Source: Balanoglossus misakiensis (taxonomy: Eukaryota; Animalia; Hemichordata). Taken from it: a DNA stretch of 64,000 nucleotides. The stretch is from assembly GCA_040954595.2 (NCBI GenBank), contig CM082576.2:19949028-20013027 (forward strand). The letters are read 5' to 3'. Numbering within the stretch: the stretch's first letter is position 1; each line of letters opens with the position of its first letter. The position numbers and the translations under genes were made by a program. Positions 1 to 13,290 of the stretch are shown piece after piece. Below the pieces are notes generated by a model. That model ran no database searches, was not told where the DNA came from, and worked only from the letters and a program-made list of their open reading frames with translations.

Positions 1-57
1 AACCAGGATCCCTTATCACAAAGTGACAAGTGTGTTAACCATTACACCATGAGGATT
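1..57 (-). ncRNA. tRNA-like sequence, second copy, truncated by window edge
   Basis: Reverse complement matches 4396-4452 almost exactly. Flank similarity continues to ~150 vs ~4310-4395. Confidence 0.55.
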
Positions 58-1820
58 GTTTTATCTCCACTAACTGCCAACACACTGTCCAATTGCACAT
101 TCACTCACTGACATATTCAACACACCAGTTTTTTTATTTCAATAAAAATTCACAAATGCATGTGAGAAATAACAGAGAGTCAGAAATTGGCATCCACAGG
201 AGTTACTGCATTGCTATATGGTATTATAGAGCAGCCAATGCAGTCTAACACTTTTATTAGCTTATTAAAGGCAGAAAGTCTCTTTGCTGCCCTTTTTTAA
301 TAATTATGTGTGATACAAGAGACTGTTAATGTGGATATATAGTGAATCAACGTTCGACCACACACAGCTTCCATCCCGTTTGTAGGATATGACAGTAAAA
401 ACTCGCCCAAAATGAATAAATGGTAAAGACCAATTATTCATTTTGGCAAGATTTTTCACTCTCGTGACTACAAGCAGTGTGTGTTGTTGAATGTTGATTC
501 ACTATATATCCACATGTACATTAACATAAATGGTGTCTTGCATCAAACATAATTAATGGAAAAGGGTCCCTTTAATTTATATACTTATCAAATTGTAAGC
601 TAACCAATATGGTTAGAAGTCCGATTTGCTTGGACGTGAACCAATATGATCTATCAAAATTTTCTGGTAAAAGTTTGAGTAACTATAACGTGTGCTTTCA
701 CCTTTTTTCATCATGTTGCTTGGGCCCTGACAATGCTGCTTTATAGCTACTACAGGATTGGATTACTTCCATTTGGCAGTAGCATATAAGTGTAATGGTG
801 TAGAAAGTTTATCCTGTTTACTGGAAGAGGAATTGCAAGAGAAACCATATGTTATAAAAAAAAAATAGAAGATATTAAATAGCCTTAGTAAACATTTCCC
901 AGAAACATTTCAATGAACAGTTACCATAATGTACTTTACATTAGAGTCAGAGGTGACTAAAAGGCTAATATTGTCATTTGTGAAATGTACACAATTGTAT
1001 TTATATTGTCGGTGAACTGTTTAGCTGTGTTGTCAGTTATGTTGAGCTTATTAGATTGGGTGATTGTCTTATTGGGTGAGTGGTGTCACTGTCTGTCACT
1101 TTTCTTTACTGAAACCACGGGGCCAATTACTTTGAAATTTAGTATGCAGGTTCCTAGGGTGAAGTTGGTAGAGTTTATGTAAATTGTGGTGAAATGTGTA
1201 ATTTTTGATCAATTTTAGTTGTGTTTAGTTAAATTCTTTGTACAATTACTTTGAAATTTAGTGTGTAGGTCCTTGGGGTTGATTTTACTGGAATTTGCTC
1301 AATTTGTGACAGAATGTGGAATATGTTATTTCGGAAGCAATTGCTTGTTTGGTCTTTTTTATTTCATAAACCAGATACTGTGATTGTTTTTCTGTTCTTT
1401 TTTGTATGTGTGTCTATTTTCACAATTGAAATAAATTAATATAAGGCTATATAAAATAAATTGGTGTTTTATGCTTTTTGTGTAAGTATGAATGTATGTA
1501 TGTGTGTAAAAAGATTGATATTGTTTGTATGGTTGATATCAGATATCATATGTCTTATAGTGAGAAAGAAACCACTACACAATCCCTAGTAGTATTTGTG
1601 GTAATATATCTGTTTTGAGAATATAGCCCATTAGTATATTGTAGTCTTTGTACAACTTTTCTTCAAAATGTGTTATATGAACAAATAAAATATGGCAAGA
1701 AGATGAATTGTTTCGAAGAATGAATCATAATAAACAGTAGAATTTGGTCAATTTTTGTTCAGGCATAAAGAAATAGCTTGTACATGAGCTTGCACGACGG
1801 TATTTGGTCAATACAGGGCG

Positions 1821-1858
1821 CATGTATGTATGTATGTATGTATGTATGTATGTATGTA

Positions 1859-1913
<55 letters not shown>

Positions 1914-1920
1914 ATGTATG

Positions 1921-1954
<34 letters not shown>

Positions 1955-1990
1955 TGTATGTATGCATGCATGCATGCATGCATGTATGTA
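1821..1990. repeat. Compound microsatellite (TATG)n(TG)n(TATG)n(CATG)n
   Basis: Directly visible; explains the spurious low-complexity ORFs at 1725-2116. Confidence 0.97.
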
Positions 1991-4395
1991 CCTATCTAAC
2001 ACACAACACACACTGTGTATATTTGTTGGGCATTTTGGTTTTCTACCACATATCTCAGTAATTTCCATGCCATAGTGACTCTTCAGTTTTACATAATGAT
2101 ATCCAATATAACCCAATCTACTATTAATGCGATTTTTTTTTCATTTTGATTGTGGAAATGGTTAAAAATGAAAAACATCTGAATTTGTACTTTAATAAAT
2201 ATAAGCTATATAGTATTTTAAAATGGTCATAAATTTATGTTAACATGGCAAAACATGTTTTAGTGTTTATGTATACTTGTTTAATATAGAGAAATAATTG
2301 TACAAATAAAATGACAACTTACTTTTGCTTTTAAAAATAATTAAAAATGGTAATGTTTCTTGAGATATACCAGGGTTTCTAGAATATAGAGGGTGCTGGC
2401 ACGGGAACATTTGATGGTTGTCCCCAATACAACATTCTGGTATCATGTTTTATCATCTGTGGACATTTGGCAGCGATATCCAACAGGATGTGCATAAAAT
2501 CCCGAGAAGGTCTTCTCGTTGTATTGCTTCTTGAGATATTGAAACTGTCTTGAATCCCAACGCGAATGTGATGGTGATGCGTATGTTGTTGCACGTAGTC
2601 ACATCCGAAAACTGAATATAGGTTAGTGGGATATGTGTATATTCTCGTGGTTATTTTTAAATGAGTATAAATGACAGAATCGGTGGTTTGAACGTGTAAG
2701 AGTTGATGGTATTGGTTATGTAGTTGTGTTTTATCCAATGGTAGTGTGATTTTAATTGTGTATGAGGCGATGGCAGTTTTGTCAGGCGTTTTTTATTTTC
2801 GTGTCGAGCGACATCCAATATGGCGGTTGTCGTTATATACTGAAAGGGTTTCGTTTGTATGCATGTTTTGGCAAATTGTATATATGTTAAGATGGTGAAG
2901 TTTGCTTGAAGGAATAGAAACATCAGAGGCTGGGTACATCGGAGTTTCTATTTCATTCCATACAAGTTGAAATTAAGCTTATTTTTGGAGTGTATACAGG
3001 TACATATGATTATTTAGAAACGGTTTTAGGCAAGCGAATCTGCTGAATTCGGGCGATCGGTCTTGTATCGTGTGTATGAAACGTACAAGCAGTGGTAGGA
3101 TATTATTTTGGGATGTGTACTTCAATAGTTTCCATGTCTCTTATATGTATTTGTCAAAAAATAAACAGTAGTAAAAATGGATTGTATTTTCCATTATTTT
3201 GTCTGTTAATATTGTATGTTTACATGACCAAAAGCCTTAAGGTTTTCATTGGAATTTATATCAGGGTAATAAATTTGTTTTTGATAATTATTTGCTTCAA
3301 ATATGGAACAATCTGTGTGAGTACATAACAGAAACATTGCTAGATAATTTGACATTTGAATTGTTCGTAAGAATGTGAGGACAAGCATAGAATTGGCCAA
3401 ATTATGCTGGTGACCACTCTGTTTAGTGTGTATGCTTTCTAGTCGTGACAGGAATGTTAAAAACATAGACAATGAAATCTGGTTGGAGCATGAAAAGTAG
3501 AGTTGACTTGTTAACATATTTTGATGCCATGAAACCATTTTGTGGACAGGACAATTTATGTGACCAAGAATTGATTTTCTGAATATCACAAGGTTGATAG
3601 TGAATTCATTGTAATTTGTTGTCCTGTTTAAGTAGTGGGGTTATTGTAAAAAAATCATCATTCGCTATCTTGTACTTGGAGTGATGTCATCTCGACATTG
3701 ATACATTATGGCTATTGAGAGGTGTGTGTTATGCAGGCAAGTGTATATCTTGATGTACTTGTTTAAATACACAATTATACTTAATGATTTAATTTAAAAG
3801 TTTTGTTTATTTTCTTGACAGTTTTGGCTACCAAAGAGTTCTCAAGGTGAGTGTTGGTGTACATCAGTGCAAAGTATCATGTACAAACTAAGAGATCAAC
3901 ACACTCAAATGTGTATTGTGTCGTGTACGAATTAGTTTCGTAAATCATTTGTAGATAACGTGTTTAGTTTTGTGGTAAGTGACACTGAGGTTTCAGATCG
4001 GATAGGATGATTGTCCAGTGCCATGCATTGTGTGTTAACATGTGAAAGCACTAGCCTAATTTGTTTGAAATTTGGTATTCAGGGATGATGTAAGAAAAAA
4101 TAATTTTAACAGTTCATAGAATCAGTGTTTATTAATACTTCAAAAAGGTATGTGACTTGAATGTGTGCAGTACATCATTGTGCTATGTGGTGTTAACACC
4201 ATTGAATAGTGCCATTACTTACAGCAATCTTACAGCAATGGCTTCAGTAAAACATTGAGTATGATTTGTGTGATTCCTGATACCCCTGTCTTGTCATTTG
4301 TGATGTTTTACTGTGTACTTTTTGAAATAAAGAAACTGGTGTGTTAGTTGAATATGTCAGTGAGTGAATGTGCAATTGGACAGTGGAGATAAAAA

Positions 4396-4469
4396 ATCCT
4401 CATGGTGTAATGGTTAACACACTTGTCACTTTGTGATAAGAGATCCAGGTTCGATTCCTGGTGGGGATG
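4396..4469 (+). ncRNA. tRNA-like cloverleaf (pseudo-tRNA or SINE head)
   Basis: Acceptor stem ATCCTCA/TGGGGAT, D arm GTGT/ACAC, T arm CCAGG-TTCGATT-CCTGG, A box TGGTGTAATGG, B box GGTTCGATTCC. The anticodon arm is non-canonical (CTTGTCAC-TTT-GTGATAAG). Confidence 0.65.
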
Positions 4470-5360
4470 ATGAAAAAAAGAGTCCATTAGCTGTGTGCTT
4501 GAGTATGAGTGTAATATATGTATGTACGTATTTATGCATGTATGTAGCCAGCAAACACACAAAACATATTGTGTATATTCAATTCCATACAGTGTTTGAT
4601 AATAAATATGTTGCTGTTTTACAATTTGGCATTCACTGCTGATAATTAGGTTTCCATAGATACAAGCGGAATGCAATAGAAGAGGGATAGCCATATACAT
4701 GTATAGAAAAGGTAGGTTACCCCTTCCCCTATCATCCAAATACTACCACAGAGGGTGCTATACTATATGACCATCAACTGAGTATCATTCAAATACTCTG
4801 TGCACAGTAGGTAAATACACATTTGTTTTTTTAGGAGACTTTCATCAGTTGCAGTAAAATACAACGTGACTACACTATATACACCAATGAGAATGGCCAT
4901 GTAATTCAGAGAGTGCTTGATATTAAAACTGTTTCATAGTTGTGGCCTTTACTGCTGATAATTAGGTTACCATAGATACAAGCCCAATGCAACAGGACAG
5001 GGATAAACATATGCAAAGACAAGATTAAACCCCACCTCCATAATCAAAATACTACCGCAGAGGGCGCTATACTATATGACCATCAACTGAGTATCATTCA
5101 AATACTCTGTGCACAGTGGGTAAAGACACATTTGTTTTTTTAGGAGACTTTCATCAGTTGCAGTAAAATATAACGTGACTACACTATATACACCAATGAG
5201 AATGGCCGTGTAATTCAGATAGTGCTTGATATTAAAACTGTTTCATAGTTGTGGCTCTTACTGCTGATAATAAGGTTACCATAGATACAAGCCCAATGCA
5301 ACAGGACAGGGATAAACATATGCAAAGGCAAGATTAAACCCCACCTCTGTAATCAAAATA

Positions 5361-6499
5361 ATAATAATAATAATAATTTATTTGTATAGTGTCAGTATCC
5401 ACAAAAATGTGATCAATGACGCTTAAAGCAAAAGTACAATACAACAAATGGCTAAAAAACAGATTTAAAAAGTAAAGTTTTAACATTTGATTTAAAAACA
5501 GATAAGTCTGGTGCCTGGCGAATGGTGAGTGGAAGATTATTCCAAAGAATTGGAGCAGCAACAGTAAAAGCACGATCACCATAACTCTTGGTGCGTGATC
5601 GAACAAGGCAGAGTTTGAACTGATCAGCTGACCTTAAATTGCGACACGGAACATATAGATTAGTCATGCTAGAAAGATAGATTGGACCAAGTTTATTATA
5701 GATTTAAAAATGAGAACTAACATCTTAAAAACAATACGCTGTGTAACAGGTAGCCAGTGCAACTGATACAAAATTGGAGTGATGTGACAGGTGATTTTTG
5801 AATGAGTAACAATTCTAGCAGCAATATTCTGAACGCGTTGGATACGGTTGATTGAATACTTCGGGAGCCCAAATAAAAGTGAATTACATGAATCAATTCG
5901 AGAAGTAATGAATGCATGAACTAATTGCTCTGTAGCAGAATGAGATAAATATTTGCGGATAAGCGCAATGCGACGTAAATGAAAAGTGGCAGAGCGGCAG
6001 ATCTGTCCAATATGTGGCTTCATTGTCAGACAAGAGTCAAGGAGCACACCAAGGCTCTTAGCCTGACAATGGACAGGAATCAGAGAATCGCCAACACGAA
6101 TTTCTGAAATCCCTCTAGCAGACAGATCACCTGAAATACCAAAGAAAATAACAAATTCAGTCTTATCGTCGTATAAGCACAAGAAGTTTTCAGACATCCA
6201 AAACCTAACATCGGATATACAAAGTTCAAGATTTGAAACAGTTCTTGCTGCGTTGTCTTTACTAAAAGACATATAAAGTGAAGAGTCATCTGCATAAAAA
6301 CTATAAAGACAACCATGACTTTGAACTAATTCACCAAATGGAGACGGGTACATATTGAAAAGTATGGGACCAAGAACTGATCCCTGTGGTACCCCAGTGT
6401 CGAGCCGATAGAAAGGTGATTGGGTGGAATTTACAAGTACACACTGACTACGATTGGAAAGGTATGACATAAACCACATGAGAACAGTATCTGAGAGAC
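5361..6499 (-). mobile_element. 5'-truncated non-LTR retrotransposon (CR1/L2-group LINE) with (TTA)n tail and 7-bp TSD
   Basis: CAAAATA at 5354-5360 and 6500-6506, (ATA)n on the + strand at the 3' end, and RT coding remnants. Confidence 0.9.
5452..6479 (-). pseudogene. Reverse transcriptase C-terminal half of LINE ORF2, frameshifted
   Basis: Motifs GVPQGSVLGP, YADD, LGVLLD and LHWLPV..RI.FK. After a frameshift near 5690, GDRAF..AAP.LWN.LP continues in ORF 5452-5667. Confidence 0.92.
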
Positions 6500-8160
6500 C
6501 AAAATACTACCACAGAGGGTGCTATACTATATGACCATCAACTGAGTATCATTCAAATACTCTGTGCACAGTGGGTAAACACACATTTGGTTTTTTAGGA
6601 GACTTTCATCAGTTGTAGTAAAATACAACGTGACTACACTATATACACCAATGAGAATGGCCATGTAATTCAGAGAGTGCTTGATATTAAAACTGTTTCA
6701 TAGTTGTGGCCTTTACTGCTGATAATTAGGTTACCATAGATACAAGCCCAATGCAACATGACAGGGATAAACATATGCAAAGACAAGATTAAACCCCACC
6801 TTCATAATCAAAATACTACCACAGAGGGCGCTATACTATATGACCATCAACTGAGTATCATTCAAATACTCTGTGCACAGTGGGTAAAGACACATTTGGT
6901 TTTTTAGGAGACTTTCATCAGTTGTAATAAAATACAACGTGACTACACTATATACACCAATGAGAATGGCCATGTAATTCAGAGAGTGCTTGATATTAAA
7001 ACTGTTTCATAGTTGTGGCCTTTACTGCTGATAATTAGGTTACCATAGATACAAGCCCAATGCAACATGACAGGGATAAACATATGCAAAGACAAGATTT
7101 AACCCCACCTCCATAATCAAAATACTACCACAGAGGGCGCTATACTATATGACCATCAACTGAGTATCATTCAAATACTCTGTGCACAGTGGGTAAAGAC
7201 ACATTTGGTTTTTTAGGAGACTTTCATCAGTTGTAGTAAAATACAACGTGACTACACTATATACACCAATGAGAATGGCCATGTAATTCAGAGAGTGCTT
7301 GATATTAAAACTGTTTCATAGTTGTGGCCTTTACTGCTGATAATTAGGTTACCATAGATACAAGCCCAATGCAACATGACAGGGATAAACATATGCAAAG
7401 ACAAGATTTAACCCAACCTCCATAATCAAAATACTACCACAGAGGGCGCTATACTATGTGACCATCAACTGAGTATCATTCAAATACTCTGTGCACAGTG
7501 GGTAAAGACACATTTGGTTTTTTAGGAGACTTTCACCAGTTGCAGTAAAATACAACGTGACTACACTATATGCACCAATGAGAATGGCCGTGTAATTCAG
7601 AGTGCTTGATATTAAAACTGTTTCAAAGCTGTGGCCTTTACTGCTGATAATTAGGTTACCATAGATACAAGTGGAATGGAACCGGACAGGGATAAACATA
7701 CAAAGGCTAGGTTAACCCCCCCCCCCAAAATACTACCACAGAGGGCGCTATACTGATCATCAAGTCTGTACCATTGAAATAAATCTGTGCAGAGTGGGTA
7801 AATTAGGCATTTGGTTCTTCAGATTTTTATAAGTTGCACTAAAATGCTATGTGGCCCACTACAAGGACAAATAAGTCAAAAATGGCAAATTTGACGTTTA
7901 CTTTGAGGTTGGCATGGGGCAAACGAGACAATACAAGAACACTGAAACTCAATTAGTGAAACACTAAAGTTGTACTTTATTTCTCTAACAAACTTAGAGA
8001 AAATTTACATGGCCATCTTTTTACTCAGAGACCTGATGTTGAATAGAAATGTGGTAGTGCAGGTCCACATGAGTGCCGTGTACTAGCCTCTCTCTCTGCA
8101 AATCCATCCACAACTTGCATGCAGATAGTGGGAGTCTGATGTAAGCAACTACTGCAGTTA

Positions 8161-9145
8161 CAGTCAGGACGTAAGTGGGATAATTAAACAGCAGGGATCA
8201 TGCAATGCAAACACTTGAACTGGCCAGTAACGTTTGAATTGCTCATTTGCATACAGTTTTTCAACTTTTTTCACAACGAAAGTTAAGCAACTAGCAACCC
8301 ATTTCTGACAATTATTTCACCCCAGGCACATTACTGGTACTATGAGTGTACTACATGTGATTTTTCATGAAGTTTTATCGAGAAGAATTTCTTTACTTCC
8401 ACTGACAAAATTGTGATCACGAAATTCAAAGTGACCTTGAAGTTACAAAAAAAAAATATCAGCCATACCCACACAAAAATTAACCCCCTCAGGTTTTAGA
8501 AACATTATTAAACTCCTCTATTCATAATTTTGACATGAATATATCCATGCCGAGAGTCAAGGACCACAATTTACTGTGCCATAGGTCAGTCCTGAGAAGT
8601 CAGTCAGCGTGAATAGTGTATAGACTCCGTATGTAATATGCTAATGAGAGATAACGACGCGTTGAAAAGGAAGCCATTACGTCATGGGTTAACATGCTTT
8701 GACCTACTTCAATGCATACACATATGGCAAACACGGCTGTACTCGTCGATGGCGAAGGCAATTTTTACACCGTCATTACTCCACAACGGAGCGGCTCACA
8801 CTATTATAATTTCACGGTAACTTAGTTCAATATCTTCCTAACCTACCCAATTTTTTTCAAGACAAGAAATCTTTGCCGAGAGTCAAGGACCACAATTTAA
8901 ACCAACATACCGAAACTGTCTTTCTCGGGAAAGCGTCGTTAAAACTTCACGAAAAATCATCCTATCATTGACTATGGTGTTTCATACACGTCTTAGAAAA
9001 ATGGGTGCACTACGATCACTTGTAGTACCGAAAATCTCCGTTTGAAAATTTTTCGAACTGGCCGTAACTGCCACTCAGCGACTTTCACATTCAAATAGAT
9101 CTCTTTGATCTCACCGCCGTAATTACCCCACTTACGTCCTGACTG
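8161..9145. mobile_element. Non-autonomous TIR element (MITE) with 4-bp TSD GTTA
   Basis: TIR CAGTCAGGACGTAAGTGGG(A/G)TAATT at 8161-8185, inverted at 9121-9145. GTTA at 8157-8160 and 9146-9149. Internal direct repeat GCCGAGAGTCAAGGACCACAATTTA at ~8549 and ~8876. Confidence 0.85.
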
Positions 9146-9404
9146 GTTAATACTTACAAAGTGTATTACCTCCAACACCCCATGGACGGTATCATGTCAT
9201 CACCAGTAGCTATAGGTTCTTTTAACACCTTGAGAGAAAAAAATGGATTGTTACTGATAGATTACAAAGCACTGACAATACAAGAGGGGGAGGGGTAAGG
9301 TTTGTTGAGAGCAGTTGTTTTTTGCTAAACATTAGTGAAAATATGAAATTATTGACATGTAGGATTTCAATTTTATGATGTAAGAGTATTTTATAATATC
9401 TCAC

Positions 9405-9576
9405 CGGGACTTCAGTTGTCGCTGTAGTATTTAACCCAAGTTTAACTGTGCCACCCACGTCCATGCATGGCAAGGTTTTCTCTCCCAAAAGTTTCAGTTT
9501 GGTATCCCAGTTACCATCAGTTGCACTTACTCCACGCCTTCTAAGTTGAATGCGATTTACCATCACAGGATTCATA
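9405..9576 (-). pseudogene. Degenerate exon of OB-fold gene, paralog of 13979-14185
   Basis: CAG|TATGAATC...GTGAG boundaries. Translation ...TDGNWDTKLKLLGEKTLPCMDVGGTVKLG..NTTATTEV has a frameshift and an internal deletion. Confidence 0.75.
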
Positions 9577-9699
9577 CTGCGGTGCAAAGACAATTAAAAA
9601 CATCGATTGTAAATCATTTAGTAGTGATACCATTGTGACCAAACCTTGTTTTAAAATACATGTAATCTGTACTCGAAACTATCATTTTTTTCTTTCTAG

Positions 9700-10040
9700 A
9701 ATATTAGAACGCGCTCAAAAATAAAAATGCGACCTGTAAGCGAGTGCCGCGTTTCAATTGGCACTGACGATAAACACCGCCACTCGGAGATAAAATCAAC
9801 GTTTTTTTTTTATAATGCAAGTGAACGCATGGAGGCGGCCATATTGAATTTAGGTTACATCCCAAGACATTCCGACTGGGCTTCAGGTGGATTCGGGAAA
9901 GGTCTCTAAAACATAATTGGTCATCCAATTTTGTATACTAAATTTCTAAAAATGTAGGACATGGGAGGTTAACATACCCACAAGGACTACAGGGCCCAGG
10001 CGTTTCGGGGTGCGATTGTTACGTACCTTAGCTCCATCAT
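9700..10040 (-). repeat. Diverged inverted copy of the OB-gene exon-1 end and intron (partner of ~10275-10625)
   Basis: For example, CGTTTCGGGGTGCGATT is the reverse complement of AATCGCACCCCGAAAC, and AAATTTCTAAAAATGTAG of CTACATTTTTAGAAATTT. Confidence 0.85.
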
Positions 10041-10049
10041 CTGCAACCA

Positions 10050-10288
10050 TGCAGCCAAGGCGTGGCAGTGAAATTGTGCCTCATTGAGGATACAGTCTAG
10101 ATCCGGAATTCAGCCAACGGCAAACTGTTTAGCGTGCCTTGTATGCAGCAGGATGGCAACGTTCTGGAACTTAAATTCTGGAAAGAAAATCCGAAATAGC
10201 TGAACAGATAACAGAAGAGAGAATACATACAGCTCCGCAACTTTTCCACTGGAAGATATAATACCATTTGCCTCTATGATAGAGCAAA
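10050..10288 (+). pseudogene. Disrupted copy of OB-fold gene exon 1
   Basis: Near-identical to 13325-13560, but TGG has become TAG at ~10197 and there are indels. The GT donor is retained. Confidence 0.85.
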
Positions 10289-10718
10289 GGTATGTTATAA
10301 TCGCACCCCGAAACTTATGGGCCTTTTTTTTGCCGTAGTCATTTCGGGTATCTTAACCTCCCATCTTCTACATTTTTAGAAATTTACTCTACAAAATTGA
10401 ATGACCCATTACATTTTAAACACCTTTCCCGAATTCAACCGAAGCCTAATCGGAAGGTCTTCGGATGTAATCCAATATGGCAGCCTCCATGCGATCACGT
10501 ACATTGAAAATCCATTGATTTCATCGCCGATTACCGATGTTTATCGTCAATACCGATTCAAACGCGGCACTCGTTTACAAGTCGCATTTATTTTTGATCG
10601 CGTTCCAATATTTTAAACAAACTAGATTACTGATAAAAATGCTCAAAATTTTTCCTCCAAATGCCACCTTTACGGATTCAGTCACACAACTTACAGACTA
10701 CGCCAAACTTTTTTCCAG

Positions 10719-10859
10719 ATCATACCTTGCGGGCGAAAAGCGATGGATATACCTGAAAAATTGGTAACAGAATTTTATCATCCGCCACAAATAATGATAT
10801 CAGAAGTCGAGATATCTCCACAGAAGAAGAGGGTGTGCGTTGTAGGAAAAGTCCATGAT
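10719..10859 (+). CDS. OB-fold gene exon 2 (inter-OB linker and start of second OB fold)
   Basis: TTTTCCAG|...|GTGAGT, 141 nt, phase 0/0, open: IIPCGRKAMDIPEKLVTEFYHPPQIMISEVEISPQKKRVCVVGKVHD. Not in the supplied ORF track. Confidence 0.75.
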
Positions 10860-10888
10860 GTGAGTACTGTCAAATGTTGCACAAATAG

Positions 10889-11350
10889 CCGTTAAACCTG
10901 AAATATAGATTGAAAGTGGATATTGTTTTACACAATTTTTGAACATTGAAGTAAAGTATTAGAATGATGGAATCCGATAAAAAAAGTGAGTTGGTAATTT
11001 CGGCATCCGACTTCGTTATTAAAAATGGAAAGGTTTGCGATTCGGTTCAAGTAGTATTTGCAAGTTTGAAAGGAAATATTTCATTGAAGTACAGTGGCAA
11101 CTACTGCATTATTGAGAATCTTTGAAATGTTGATGAACGGAGACTTATAATAGAATAAATGAAAACCTACCTTTAACGGTGTTAGGGTTACTACACCTGA
11201 CAGACCGCTGGTCTGCGTCCGACCGATTCTGAGCTCCTAGCTCTTGTGGAGACATGCGGAGGTACAGCGGGTTAACGGTTAGGAAGTGTTGATGAAAGGA
11301 ATGATTAATTACATAGGCCAATCAGGATCCTGGAGTTAGATATTCGAGTG
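10889..11350 (-). repeat. Inverted copy of 12835-13288 (5' region of OB gene)
   Basis: Long reverse-complement match, e.g. GAGCTCCTAGCTCTTGTGGAGACATGCGGAGGTACAGCGGGTTAACGG vs 12898-12946. Confidence 0.92.
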
Positions 11351-13290
11351 AAATGGTGGAAAAACGGGAATGCCGATTGGTTCAATTTAACCGGAGGGAA
11401 ATTGCTACATTGTATGACGTCAGTTGCGAACGATAATGCATATATTAAGCTAAGGTTGAATCCGGTTTTTCCATCAAGCACAACCATATTTCAGTCATAT
11501 AAAAAACGAAGAAAATAACACTAAAAAAATATTTCCTTTTTAAAAACTTCACTATAGCATTATTATAATGATGTACGTCGTACATAAAATGATACACGTG
11601 ACATCTTCTTGTTCAGAGTTTTAAAACAGGTAGAGAATGCCCATGGGTAACCCGAAAACACACAAACCGGGTAAAAAATGAAAGTCCTGCGAAGGCCAGG
11701 AGTATACACTGAAAAATTACAATAAATCTAGTACAAAAGTTTGTATCCTCACGAATAATTAACTCTGATTGCATAAGTTTATTTCCGTCTCATTACCTTC
11801 TGAAAGCAAATCACTCACTTGCCGGTAAAAGTTGAGTAAAATACTACATCTAAACTGCATAGCGATGGCGGCCCATAAAAATAATTGCCCAGTGTCCCAC
11901 TCGCAATGCACAACTTTTTAGGCCAAGTGCTAATGATATTCGAATTTTCGAAGGTTACGCAATATACACATACATGTATAAATATTAATTTATGAACAAG
12001 TTCCAGTGTTCACGCTGGGATTTCTTTCTTTCTAGTTTACTCGTTATATAATGTACCAATTCCCTCCGGTAAGTTGAGCCGATTTCCATCACTTTGAGCC
12101 AATCGATATTCATGGTTTTTCAGCATTTCAGTCGACTATATTTACACCTGTTGCATGTCTTTGCAGTTTTTGACTTGACGCTTACAACCGAGTCGCACCG
12201 CACGCAGTACTATCTTGTTGTCTTCATGTTTAGTTGTTGTTTTGCGCACACTATTTGCACAAAAATATCTGCTCGTTTTGTTATCAACGATCGAGTATAT
12301 GTTAGGAAGTCCGACATAGAGAACTTTGTTCTAAATATTCAATGCCCCACAAATGATATACTAGACTGCTCGACACAACACACCCCAGCCATACTCCATT
12401 AGTACACGCCACAAACACCGTATTTATACAGCCTGAGGGATTTCAGCTTCGAACTTATTGCCCAATCATATTCGACTATTTCCAACCAATCCCCTTCTGA
12501 CTAATTGACCAATCACACGCTTCGAGCATAATTTCCAAAAAAGGGAAAACTAACGAATTTGCTACATCTTTCCGGTTTCATCTTCAACAGTTTCTAACAT
12601 TTTTTTGGACCCCCCCCCCCTCGATAAACACCCATACTCAAAGGGTAACTTCATTTAATTGTCAGTAAATAAAATCAATTCACAGTCTTATTACATGTAC
12701 TATTTATAATATACTCAAATTTCCACTACAAAATATCTGTATATGTGCGTTAAATTCTGAAATCTTTTCACCCAAACCTCTAGTTATGCAAATTTAAATT
12801 GCTGTCTGTTGCGTTCGCCTACGGTTTCTCATTTTCGGACATTCGAATCTAACTCCTGATTGGCCTATAAACTTATTTCTTTCATCAACACTTTCTAACC
12901 GTTAACCCGCTGTACCTCCGCATGTCTCCACAAGAGCTAGGAGCTCAGAATCGGATGAACGAGACAAGCGGTCTCTCACGTTTAGTAACCGTAACGCCGT
13001 TAAAGGTAGGTTTTCATTGATTCTAATAAGTCTCCGTTCAACAACATTTCAAAGATTCTCCATAACCCAGTAGTTGCCACTGTGCTTCAATGAAATATTT
13101 TCTTTCAAACTTGCAAATGGTAACCGAATCTCAAATCGCAAATCTTTCCATTTTTAATAACGAAGTCGGATGCCGCAATCACCAACTCACTTTTTTATCG
13201 GACTCCATCATTCTAATACTTTACTTCAATGTTCAAAAATTGTGTAAAACAATACCCACTCTCAATCTATATTTCAGGTTTAACGGCGTT

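Larger units (their letters stand above)
4635..7760. repeat. 309-bp tandem satellite, about 6-7 units, interrupted by a LINE
   Basis: TACTACC(A/G)CAGAGGG(C/T)GCTA recurs at 4741, 5050, 6505, 6814, 7123, 7432 and 7731. Confidence 0.95.

Noticed and set aside
1725-2116. Several overlapping ORFs rich in HTYI/MYVC
   Set aside because: Translations of microsatellite DNA.
3822-3846. 25-nt microexon candidate (TTGACAG|...AAG|GTGAGT)
   Set aside because: Good splice signals, but no partner exons or recognisable peptide.
4396-4469. Functional tRNA gene
   Set aside because: No canonical 7-nt anticodon loop, so no isotype can be assigned.
4741-7752. CTCF-like motif CCACAGAGGGCGCTA in each 309-bp unit
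   Set aside because: The 3' half matches, but the 5' half is out of register with CCAC/GC/TAG; cannot be supported without a PWM scan or ChIP.
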